A stretch of DNA of 64,000 nt from Patescibacteria group bacterium (lineage in GTDB: Bacteria > Patescibacteriota > Microgenomatia > Daviesbacterales > UBA10151), in NCBI GenBank assembly GCA_943356485.1, contig CALRFD010000001.1:137716-201715 (forward strand). The letters run 5' to 3'. A program made the position numbers and the translations under genes. Below the pieces are notes generated by a model that ran no database searches, was not told the DNA's origin, and was given only the letters and a program-made list of their open reading frames with translations. This document shows positions 1 through 8,206 of the stretch, in pieces (the first letter of the stretch is position 1; every line of letters starts with the position of its first letter).

Positions 1-1556
1 ATGCCGTGGAAGAACATATTTTTAAATGGAATTTGATCGGTAAAATGCAGCGAGAGCATAATCATCCGGGCAATCCAAAGGTATTTAATCTCTCCGGCCG
101 AGATTTCAAAATCCCAGGGGAAATATTTCTCAAATTCTACAGTATTTTCAGGCCAACCTAGTGTGGCCATTGGCCAAAGTCCTGATGAAAACCAGGTATC
201 GAGTAGTTGCTCGTCTTGCACCCAATCCTGCTTCCCACAGCTAGAGCAGTTCTCGGTCGGTTTATTTTGGGAAATTATCACGCCGCGGGAGCTTTTATTT
301 GCCACCTGGTGAGTAGGATTGCAAGATAAGCAGTACCATACCGGAATCTGGTATCCCCACCATAGCGGACGGGAGATGCACCAATCGTGAATATTCTTAA
401 TCCAGTCGGAGATAATTTTCTGATAATTTTTCGGGGCAAAGCTAACCTCGCCAATTCGTTTTAGAGCCTTTTGCGCCAAAGGCTGCATACTCACAAACCA
501 TTCTTCGGAGATAATGGGTTCAACCACTGTCTTACATCTTTCGCAAACTGGTACAGTGTGAGTGTATTCTTCTTCTTTAACCAAAATCCCTTTTTCTCTA
601 AGTTCAGGAAGCATCGCTTCTCTTGCCTCCGCCACTTTCATTCCAGCATACTTGCCGGCAATCTCGGTGAGTCGACCGGTTTTATCTATAACATGAATGA
701 TCGGAAGATTGTGTCTTTTGCCGATTTCGTAATCTACGAAAGAATGACCAGGGGTAACTTTAATCACTCCGGTGCCGAATTTAGGATCAATAGCTTCATC
801 GCCGACTAGCTTCATTTTTCGCATTCCAGTTAACGTTTCGATCTCAAATTCTTTGCCAATATCATTTTTATACCGTTTATCGTTTGGATTAACTGCCATG
901 GCGGTGTCGCCAAATTTAGTTTCTGGTCTGGCTGTAGCTAAAGTGAAAGGGCCGTATTTTAGATAATACAGTTTTTCTTTTCGCTCCTCGTATTCAACCT
1001 CCACATCTTCGATGGCAGTAGCATCTTTGGGGCACCATTGCACAATGTAGGCGCCTTTATAAATTAGATCTTGTTCCCAAAAAGTTTTGAATTCCGTCAG
1101 TACTGCTTTGGCAACTTTGGGATCTAAGGTAAAAACCTCCCTAGACCAGTCAGCAGATAAGCCCATTGTTCTCCAGGTAGCTGAAACTGAGTTGTATGAT
1201 TCTTCTTTAAATTTCCAGGCTCTTTTTAGCCACTCTTCGCGTCCCAGCTTATACTTGGAAGTGCCTTCTTTTTCCAGCAGTTTATTTAACGTGCCTTCGA
1301 ATTGGATTCCGGCATGGTCGACTCCAGGGAGTAGTAAGACATTGAAACCCTGCATTCCCTTAAAACGGGCGATCGCATCCAGTATTGAGTGTTGCATCGC
1401 GTGACCCAAATGCAGCGCCCCGGTCACATTTGGCGGAGGCATTAGTAATGAATAAGGTTTTTTGGAGTCACCAGGGGTTGCTTTAAAATAGTTTTCATCT
1501 TCCCAGAATTTGTACCACTTATTTTCAACTTCTTGTTGGTTATATACCTTGTCCAT
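1..1556 (-). CDS. valS: Valine--tRNA ligase, N-terminal ~518 aa. The start codon is at 1554-1556 and the C-terminus lies beyond the window start.
   Basis: Manual reverse-complement translation gives MDKVYNQQEVENKWYKFWEDENYF...PPNVTGALHLGHAMQHSILDAIARFKGMQG (class I HIGH motif) ...YIVQWCPKDATAIEDVEVEY...TKFGDTAMAVNP, typical of ValRS. Not in the ORF track because it is open-ended. The plus-strand track ORFs 471..1404 are antisense to it. Confidence 0.85.
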   Translation of the reverse strand, partial: MDKVYNQQEVENKWYKFWEDENYFKATPGDSKKPYSLLMPPPNVTGALHLGHAMQHSILDAIARFKGMQGFNVLLLPGVDHAGIQFEGTLNKLLEKEGTSKYKLGREEWLKRAWKFKEESYNSVSATWRTMGLSADWSREVFTLDPKVAKAVLTEFKTFWEQDLIYKGAYIVQWCPKDATAIEDVEVEYEERKEKLYYLKYGPFTLATARPETKFGDTAMAVNPNDKRYKNDIGKEFEIETLTGMRKMKLVGDEAIDPKFGTGVIKVTPGHSFVDYEIGKRHNLPIIHVIDKTGRLTEIAGKYAGMKVAEAREAMLPELREKGILVKEEEYTHTVPVCERCKTVVEPIISEEWFVSMQPLAQKALKRIGEVSFAPKNYQKIISDWIKNIHDWCISRPLWWGYQIPVWYCLSCNPTHQVANKSSRGVIISQNKPTENCSSCGKQDWVQDEQLLDTWFSSGLWPMATLGWPENTVEFEKYFPWDFEISAGEIKYLWIARMIMLSLHFTDQIPFKNMFFHG

Positions 1557-1575
1557 GAGCTTAAGTATATTCAAA

Positions 1576-2739
1576 TTAGTTAGATAGAGCAAGGTTTGGC
1601 TCTGCCTGTAGTTTTAACGGATCAATGGGTTTTTGGAAAAATCCTCTTGAGGCAATCATGGCGGCGTTGTCGGTACAAAGTTCTGGTGGCGGTAGGTGTA
1701 ATTTAACTTTTAACCCTGCCTCGCCGGCAGGCAGGTTTTCACTTTGAATTTTTAACTTGCGAACCAGGAACTGGTTCGCTGCGACGCCACCTGCTATCAT
1801 AATATGCTCAACCTTGTATTTTTGTGCTGCTGCAATAGTCTTTTTAACTAACACGTCAACGATCGCCTGTTCGATTCCGGCTGCCAAATCGCATTTCACC
1901 TCCGAGGAGTCAAAGCCCACCTCGGAGGTGGAGAGTAAATTTGCTACAGCAGTTTTTAACCCGGAAAAAGAAAAATCAAAATCTCTTGAGTTAATCATTG
2001 GACGGGGAAGGTTGAACCTCAAGGCGTCGCCTTGCGAGGCTAATTTAGATATTTCCGGCCCGCCAGGATAAGGCAAACCTAGCAGCCTGGCACATTTATC
2101 AAAACACTCACCTGCTGCATCATCGCGGGTACCACCAAGATATTCATAATTTTGCTCGTCTTTAAATAAAACTAAATCAGTATGACCACCGGAAACCAGC
2201 AGGCCGATGCAGGGAAAGTTAGGTAAGTGACTAGTCGCTAGAGTCAAGAGACTAGGCGTTTTTTTTCTTGACCCTTGACCCTTGACCCTTGACCCTGTCT
2301 CAATCCAATTTGCCCAGAAATGTCCGAGTAAATGATTTACCGGAATTAGTGGCTTATTCCAGGTTAGCGCCAGAGTCTTGGCTGTTTCAACTCCAACTAG
2401 AAGCGACCCGATAAGTCCCGGCCCATAAGTTACTGCAATAGCGTCAATTTTAGAAGCGTAAAGGGGAAAGCGTAAAGCCTGCCTGCCGGCAAGGCAGGGG
2501 GAAAGTTCAGGGAAAGCTTGCTCCAAAGCTTCATTTATGACTGGAATAATGCTTTTGATTTGCTCCCGGGCTGCCTGTTCCGGAATGATCCCGCCGTATT
2601 TAGCCTGCATCTGGGCAGATGAGGCGATAACATTGGATAAAATATGTACCTGCCTGCCGGTAGGCAGGTACGATCCTCGCTTTTCCAGCACTGCCGCTGC
2701 AGTTTCATCACAACTGGTTTCGATGCCTAAAATTATCAT
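1576..2739 (-). CDS. tsaD: tRNA N6-adenosine threonylcarbamoyltransferase TsaD (Kae1/YgjD family). Carries three short in-frame insertions.
   Basis: MIILGIETSCDETAAAVL, LVSGGHTDLV, DDAAGECFDKCARLLGLPYPGGPEISKLA and FSFSGLKTAV match the TsaD core. Extra segments relative to E. coli TsaD coincide with palindromic/SSR DNA (see findings). Confidence 0.9.
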   Translation of the reverse strand: MIILGIETSCDETAAAVLEKRGSYLPTGRQVHILSNVIASSAQMQAKYGGIIPEQAAREQIKSIIPVINEALEQAFPELSPCLAGRQALRFPLYASKIDAIAVTYGPGLIGSLLVGVETAKTLALTWNKPLIPVNHLLGHFWANWIETGSRVKGQGSRKKTPSLLTLATSHLPNFPCIGLLVSGGHTDLVLFKDEQNYEYLGGTRDDAAGECFDKCARLLGLPYPGGPEISKLASQGDALRFNLPRPMINSRDFDFSFSGLKTAVANLLSTSEVGFDSSEVKCDLAAGIEQAIVDVLVKKTIAAAQKYKVEHIMIAGGVAANQFLVRKLKIQSENLPAGEAGLKVKLHLPPPELCTDNAAMIASRGFFQKPIDPLKLQAEPNLALSN

Positions 2740-2850
2740 GTTAATATTCTACCAAATCTAATTGCCAAATATTATTAGTTAATATTGCATTTCCAGTGTA
2801 AATAAGGCGAGGATTGATTAATTAAAGAAAATAGTGTATCCTATAACAAT

Positions 2851-4152
2851 ATGAAACTTGAACAATTAAAGCATTTAATGGAAAGATTTAATCAAGAACC
2901 AGATTTTAGGGAGGCGGTTCGATCTCATAATCCTCATCCCGGGCTTTGGCAAAGGCTTTTGAATCCACCATTAATAGTACCCAGCTATAAAGCAAATTTT
3001 ACTTTAGATCCTATCCAAGCACAAATGCATGGTTTAGAAAAGGATTTTCAGATTGAAGCAGGATCCATAACGGAATTTCCTTTGAGTTCTGCATTGGCTT
3101 TATCAAAATTACCATTCTCTGATGTTAATCGATTAAGGGAAAACGATTTTGGAGTTTGGCCTTCCCTCAGTGAGCCTGACAGAGACCTTTTACGTATAAT
3201 GAATCCGGACTTGGATGGACACTCAATAGATTTTATAATGGGGGGCGTTCATCCTAAGTCTGTGCCTCATATTGAAGATATTGAGTCAAGACAATGGGGC
3301 GCTTTATGGTTTGATCCCCGGCATTTAGCATCTTCTGATACTGCTACTCCTGAGACTAACTTAATTCCAAATATATTTGAAGTGTTATCGGCAGTAGATT
3401 CCTTCCGCGCTCAACAAGGCAAGGATGGGAATCTGTCTCTAAGCTCAAGTAATGAGTGGGTGTTAACTAGCTCTAGGGTACAAGTAGATCTTAAAAAGGA
3501 ATATCGTCAATGGTTAAAAGATAGAGGGTGGTTGGCAGAGTTTTTTCATTCTGCTATTTTAGAAAGATATGTGCCTAATGGGAGTGAAATAAATAATATT
3601 ATTGCTAAAGAAGAAGCCGGAGGTTTCGAGCATAAGAAATCCAGACCTTTGAGGACAAGACTGAATGATGGAAGTAATGTAACGATATTTGAAGATCATG
3701 TTCTGGTTCAAAGAAGAGGAGAAACATTTTATGAGCGTATTTCTGATGATTACATGAGCATTAATACTAAGAAAAATTCTTGGAGTTTGAGAATGGGCAC
3801 ATTGGAGATACAGGATTATACTGACCATACGAGACACTCTTTTAATTTTGATGAGGAGATACTAGATCCGTTAAGGCGATTATTAGGTAGCCATGTAGCA
3901 AAAAGCCTATTTACTACTACACAAGGCATAAATTTATGGGTATGCTTTAGATTAGGTATTAGAGAAGGACTATCAGTTGGAATGTTTGTTCCTAGTACGG
4001 ATGCTATTCCACTTAATGAACATATTTCTATTTCTTTGTTGGATGGAGCTTTTAATGATTTGAAACTTATGGCACCAGCACTTAATCATGTTAGGAAGTA
4101 TGTGCCTCCAGCAATATATCGAGATCAGGATGCACGCAGATTATTGGATTAA
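2851..4152 (+). CDS. Hypothetical protein (433 aa), no recognisable domain.
   Basis: Long ORF with its own AT-rich upstream region containing a GTGTAT box. No motif recognised. Confidence 0.5.
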   Translation: MKLEQLKHLMERFNQEPDFREAVRSHNPHPGLWQRLLNPPLIVPSYKANFTLDPIQAQMHGLEKDFQIEAGSITEFPLSSALALSKLPFSDVNRLRENDFGVWPSLSEPDRDLLRIMNPDLDGHSIDFIMGGVHPKSVPHIEDIESRQWGALWFDPRHLASSDTATPETNLIPNIFEVLSAVDSFRAQQGKDGNLSLSSSNEWVLTSSRVQVDLKKEYRQWLKDRGWLAEFFHSAILERYVPNGSEINNIIAKEEAGGFEHKKSRPLRTRLNDGSNVTIFEDHVLVQRRGETFYERISDDYMSINTKKNSWSLRMGTLEIQDYTDHTRHSFNFDEEILDPLRRLLGSHVAKSLFTTTQGINLWVCFRLGIREGLSVGMFVPSTDAIPLNEHISISLLDGAFNDLKLMAPALNHVRKYVPPAIYRDQDARRLLD

Positions 4153-4236
4153 TGGAATCTCATCACAAGATGTCTCTATACCTAAAATTATCATGGGTGT
4201 ATTGTAGCAAATTAAGTAGTATGGTAAAAATGAACT

Positions 4237-4992
4237 ATGGCAGACCGATTACCCGAGCAAGAAAGTTTAAGCGAGAGAATAGTTAGTTTAGGTCAAGAGT
4301 TTTTAATGTTTGATCCCAGGTTCACAAAAGGAGAATTTAATGAAAGACTTAGTGTGGAGCAATTTAAGGGAGGTAAGATATCACTGGACACAACTGGAGT
4401 TTTGTCTCAAGTGCAGTTTAGTCTAAATTCTTTCCCATCAAGAACAGATAAAAGAGTTTCAATTACCCCTTTCGATCGTGAAATAGGTTATACGATTACA
4501 GAGGAAGACTTTAAATTAGAAGACAGACTTATAAAACACGAGTCAATTAATGGAAAAATTGATGATAGAAGAGCTCCATTACACTTGGAAATTGGGGTAA
4601 CAGAAGCTGGTAAAATTCGATTGCCCCAAGAAATATTATCAGCAGCAAAAGAGTTAAAAGTTCAGCTGCAATTTCCGAACGGACTAATGTTTGAAGCTCA
4701 GCCGGATGAATTATGGTTAAGTAATGGCGAGATAGCATTCAGAAGCTTTTATCCATTAGACACAGGTCCTTTGCCATATGACAGGAAAAGAAATCTCTGG
4801 ATGACTGAGGGATTATATTTATTTGTACCTTCAGATAAAGAGCTGTTAGGCCAAATTAAAGTTAAAATAGTAAAGCGTAAGCAAGGGGAGGATATGGATG
4901 AAGAAATCCCGCCAAAAACTGCCGGGGTTAAAGATAATAATAGCGTTCCGGTTGCATTTAAAGATGCTTTCAAAGATGACCCTGCTTGGTAA
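4237..4992 (+). CDS. Hypothetical protein (251 aa).
   Basis: ORF preceded by the conserved GGGTGTAT...TGGTAAAAAT promoter-like motif, also seen at 6701-6742. Starts MADRLPEQ. Confidence 0.5.
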   Translation: MADRLPEQESLSERIVSLGQEFLMFDPRFTKGEFNERLSVEQFKGGKISLDTTGVLSQVQFSLNSFPSRTDKRVSITPFDREIGYTITEEDFKLEDRLIKHESINGKIDDRRAPLHLEIGVTEAGKIRLPQEILSAAKELKVQLQFPNGLMFEAQPDELWLSNGEIAFRSFYPLDTGPLPYDRKRNLWMTEGLYLFVPSDKELLGQIKVKIVKRKQGEDMDEEIPPKTAGVKDNNSVPVAFKDAFKDDPAW

Positions 4993-5096
4993 TAAAACAT
5001 TCTACCCTTCATCTGACCCAGGCTTCACCCGATCTCTTTTTTGTACTTAGGTAGTCAGGCTGAGTTTTTTAATAGCAATGCCGTATAATTTAGCTA

Positions 5097-5318
5097 ATGA
5101 TATTTATTAAAGAGTTGAATAACGATCAGCTTAACGGATTAGCAAGCTTATGTTTTGATTTAGCCAAAGGGTCTTTTCTGGTGGCACTTTTTCCAACCGT
5201 TGAGATAACCACGAAACCGTTTTTATCATTTATGATGATGCTTATGGGTTTGTTTTTAGGTCTTGTCTTTACTTACATAGCCTTGTTATTATTAAGACTA
5301 AAGGAGGTAGGTAAATGA
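5097..5318 (+). CDS. Small hydrophobic membrane peptide (73 aa; may start internally).
   Basis: Hydrophobic segments LVALFPTV and FLSFMMMLMGLFLGLVFTYIALLLL. The stop overlaps the start of the next peptide (ATGA). Confidence 0.25.
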   Translation: MIFIKELNNDQLNGLASLCFDLAKGSFLVALFPTVEITTKPFLSFMMMLMGLFLGLVFTYIALLLLRLKEVGK

Positions 5319-5440
5319 GCATCGGAGAAATCTTCACACAACTCTATTATAGTGGAATCTTAGCTTTATCCATTATGGCGTTAGCAATTGCGATTATTGT
5401 CTATCCTACTCTGCGCAATAAATCTCAAAAAAAGAGATAA
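5315..5440 (+). CDS. Small membrane peptide (41 aa), MSIGEIFTQLYYSGILALSIMALAIAIIVYPTLRNKSQKKR.
   Basis: Strong SD AGGAGG at 5302-5307, 7 nt before the ATG. One transmembrane helix plus a basic tail. Below the ORF-track length cutoff. Confidence 0.35.
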   Translation: MSIGEIFTQLYYSGILALSIMALAIAIIVYPTLRNKSQKKR

Positions 5441-5510
5441 AAACTATTTCTCCTGTTTGCCTACCTAATATTATCGTGTGTATAAGTCTTGGATTATTTA
5501 ATAATTGCAT

Positions 5511-6692
5511 ATGGCAGGAGCCGGGATTATAATCCAACGTATGCCTGAGCGTAGAGTTGGGGGTTATAATAGAGCTGATAATAAAATAGATCCCAGAGAT
5601 TTTGAGCCTGTTTCTTTGCCTGAAGTCGCTGAACCTCTTAAAAAGCCAGTAGCCCCAAAAAAAACAATAGAGATTGCAGAAGTAATAGATCAGATTAAGA
5701 CAGAGCAGCAGGCATTAGGCCGGTTGAGGGAGTCTGTTACTAAAATGACTGATCCGGATAATAGTATGGCCCGACTTGTCAGCAGGTTGATGTTTGGGAG
5801 TAAAGAACGGGAAGTTAAGGGCGAGGATGGGTTGACGGAAATGCGTCCCTGGACTTTGGCAGACATTTTTGAATTAGACAGGCAAGGTTACCCGGAAAGG
5901 GAAAGAGGAGCCAGAAGAAGCCTCACCCAGGAGACAGTTATTGGTTTACGAGAGCAGCAGGAATTTTTTACTACTGCCGAGCATCCCAGGTTGGCTGAAG
6001 TTGAGGCAGTAATAGATTTTACAACTGCCATTGCAAAGCGGGTTTTAGCCTCAGAGAAATCAATTACAGAGCCATTTACGATTTATGCCTCTGCTACCTA
6101 CGACGAAGCAGAAATGATGGAAATTATCCGCAGGACAATTTTAGAACCAACTTATATGTTAATGGAAGGGCATGCAGAGGGTCCTATCGGGGTAATTCCT
6201 AGCTATGATGAAGACGATGAGTTTTGGGATCCAATGAGTGAAAGGGATCAAAAAGTTAGTTCCCAAATGAAAGATCCAAGAGACTATACAGAGCGGAGGG
6301 AAGTTCAAAAGAGGATAGCTTTAAATAACCCTAAAGGCTATGACAGTGAGAAATGGGAGGAGATTTTAGATAAGGAAGCAATCTATCTTTATCAATATGC
6401 GCTGGTTGCAGCCGGAAGAGATAGCGGAGCGCTGCAAAGAGCAGCCAAGTTTTACGCCAGTTTAACTGATAATGGTCAACCAGTACATTCGAATGAGCAA
6501 TTAGCGCCTCTTAATGTCCGAGTTGAAGAATTAACAAGAATATATGAAGAAATAAAAGGTTTAGAAGGTTTTAGACAACTTTCAGGATGGATTAAACAAA
6601 GGTTTGGTCCGGAGGCTACTTTTCAAACTTTACTGCAAACCCTAAGCCCTGTTGATCTAAATCATCAGCCGGAATTTAACACTGTAATATAA
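5511..6692 (+). CDS. Hypothetical protein (393 aa from the ATG; the track start 5505 is TTG).
   Basis: Start context ATTGCATATGGCAGGA resembles that of the 6748 ORF. No domain recognised. Confidence 0.5.
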   Translation: MAGAGIIIQRMPERRVGGYNRADNKIDPRDFEPVSLPEVAEPLKKPVAPKKTIEIAEVIDQIKTEQQALGRLRESVTKMTDPDNSMARLVSRLMFGSKEREVKGEDGLTEMRPWTLADIFELDRQGYPERERGARRSLTQETVIGLREQQEFFTTAEHPRLAEVEAVIDFTTAIAKRVLASEKSITEPFTIYASATYDEAEMMEIIRRTILEPTYMLMEGHAEGPIGVIPSYDEDDEFWDPMSERDQKVSSQMKDPRDYTERREVQKRIALNNPKGYDSEKWEEILDKEAIYLYQYALVAAGRDSGALQRAAKFYASLTDNGQPVHSNEQLAPLNVRVEELTRIYEEIKGLEGFRQLSGWIKQRFGPEATFQTLLQTLSPVDLNHQPEFNTVI

Positions 6693-6747
6693 TCTAAGCT
6701 GGGTGTATCAGATTGTAATAATTTAATCAGTGTGGTAAAAATATTGC

Positions 6748-7026
6748 ATGGCAGATATTAGTAATACAGAGTTTGGTACTTTGAAAACCGGCACTCCAAC
6801 AAAAGAAGTAGAAGCTATAAAAGGAGGTTTCAGTGAGTTCGCGCAAGAGTATGCAGGTCACCATGGTTTACAAGTTGGTCAAATTATTCCTGAACAATTA
6901 TTTATGGCCGCCTCTGGCAGTTCTAGAGGACGAGATTGTGTTTGGCGTAACCGATTTAGCGCTACAATGGATCCTATCAAAGGGGTTCAGTACTCACATT
7001 TTAAAGTTATCGATAATGATCATTAA
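6748..7026 (+). CDS. Hypothetical small protein (92 aa).
   Basis: Preceded by GGGTGTAT (6701-6708) and TGTGGTAAAAAT (6731-6742) then ATGGCAGAT. Starts MADISNTEFG. Confidence 0.4.
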   Translation: MADISNTEFGTLKTGTPTKEVEAIKGGFSEFAQEYAGHHGLQVGQIIPEQLFMAASGSSRGRDCVWRNRFSATMDPIKGVQYSHFKVIDNDH

Positions 7027-7255
7027 TATCAATGATTTCAACCTCACTATTTCCCCTAATACCAAATACAGCTCGATATTTACGATCGATACGGAAAGAA
7101 TAAATCTTAAAACTCCTCGGTTCTAATATTTCAGTATTTAAAGAGGGGTGTGAGGGATTATTTAAGAAGAGAGTAACCTGTTTGTCAAATTTTTTGACTA
7201 GGCCATGTTTTATAAGGTACTTTTGAAGATCTTCTCTAAGAGGCTTAATGCTCAT
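7007..7255 (-). CDS. Type II toxin, RelE/ParE superfamily.
   Basis: KQVTLFLNNPSHPSLNTEILEPRSFKIYSFRIDRKYRAVFGIRGNSEVEIIDINDH fits the RelE/ParE pattern (NP..P.L..e.L.......S.RI...YR.i). Overlaps the upstream RHH antitoxin ORF by 11 bp. Confidence 0.7.
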   Translation of the reverse strand: MSIKPLREDLQKYLIKHGLVKKFDKQVTLFLNNPSHPSLNTEILEPRSFKIYSFRIDRKYRAVFGIRGNSEVEIIDINDHYR

Positions 7256-7526
7256 AAAAAGAGGATTTACTTAACCCAGAAACCATGTTTTTAATAAACC
7301 TCTCATTATATTTACCGGTCTTTTTAAATCCTTGTTCTATCTCTTCAAGAGGTCGAGGAATAAATTCTTCAAAAATTAATTCTTTAGAACCAAAATACTT
7401 TCTGATTAAACTCCTGACAAATTCAGACCGGGTGGAGAAACCTTCTTTTTTGACCTCAGAGTCAATCTGTTTAGCTATGTGGCTTGGTAAAGAAATAGTA
7501 ATTGTACTCATAAGAATATTTAACAA
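7245..7526 (-). CDS. Ribbon-helix-helix (CopG/ParD-like) antitoxin. May start at the internal MSTITISL.
   Basis: MSTITISLPSHIAKQIDSEVKKEGFSTRSEFVRSLIRKY is a typical RHH N-terminus. Lies immediately upstream of, and overlapping, the RelE-like ORF. Confidence 0.6.
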   Translation of the reverse strand: MLNILMSTITISLPSHIAKQIDSEVKKEGFSTRSEFVRSLIRKYFGSKELIFEEFIPRPLEEIEQGFKKTGKYNERFIKNMVSGLSKSSFYEH

Positions 7527-7558
7527 TAATTCTTAATTTTTGTCAAGATATCGAAAAA

Positions 7559-8119
7559 CTAAACCAGGTTTATCTCAGCCAGGGTGTTATGGGAATGGAA
7601 TCCCTCATTTGCCACAGATTCAAAAAGTTTGATTGAGTTGATATTAATATGATCAAAAGACATAGTCATGATCTTTTCCAGCTCCATTTCCAGCTTGCGG
7701 TCGATAAATATCTGTTCGTTGAGCTTGGCAACAGTGATATGTGGAATAAAACGCCTTTCATCAACCGGCAGGTGCAAAGCACTCAGACCGTCTTTGATAT
7801 ATTCCCTGATTAGTAAAACTTTATCTATATCGCCCTTAACTCCCACCCATAAAACATTAGCATGGTGAATATTGGGAAAGCCGTCAAGATAAGCAGGAGT
7901 CACTTCAAATGGAGAAATATCCAGGACAGAATTTCTAATAATTTCTATTAATTTCTCTTTTAAGTTATCCGGTTGCTCGCCGATAAAGGCTAAGGTCAGG
8001 TGAATTTTATCCAAATCAGTTATTCTGGCTTGAGGGATTAATGTATGCAATTTATCTTGAATAGATTGAAACTGGGGGATATTCTCACTCGGTATTTCCA
8101 GGGCGATAAAGAATCTCAT
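7559..8119 (-). CDS. thpR: RNA 2',3'-cyclic phosphodiesterase / 2'-5' RNA ligase (2H phosphoesterase, LigT/ThpR family).
   Basis: Two H-x-T-x motifs, HLTLAFIG and HITVAKL, in a 186-aa protein. Confidence 0.8.
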   Translation of the reverse strand: MRFFIALEIPSENIPQFQSIQDKLHTLIPQARITDLDKIHLTLAFIGEQPDNLKEKLIEIIRNSVLDISPFEVTPAYLDGFPNIHHANVLWVGVKGDIDKVLLIREYIKDGLSALHLPVDERRFIPHITVAKLNEQIFIDRKLEMELEKIMTMSFDHININSIKLFESVANEGFHSHNTLAEINLV

Positions 8120-8206
8120 AGTCGGATATACATATTATACTCTTACATAAATCCATTGACAAAAAAAGTATATCTAGGTAAAGTGTTGTACACCTGCACC
8201 AAAGTA

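Noticed and set aside
471-1404. Plus-strand ORFs 471..809, 772..966 and 1087..1404 from the ORF track
   Set aside because: They lie antisense inside the valS coding region, whose minus-strand translation matches ValRS throughout. They are spurious.
1757-2761. Plus-strand ORFs 1757..2071 and 2537..2761
   Set aside because: Antisense to tsaD; low-complexity products. The same reasoning applies to the other antisense/shadow ORFs in the track, including 12361..12969 (inside ahcY), 14919..15269 (inside the TPR gene), 26559..27666 (several inside the acyl-CoA synthetase), 31287..31727 and 31959..32444 (opposite groEL), 35180..35443, 36965..37327, 38320..38604, 48680..49033, 50363..51051, 52772..53283, 55474..55686, 56521..57202 and 59319..59821.
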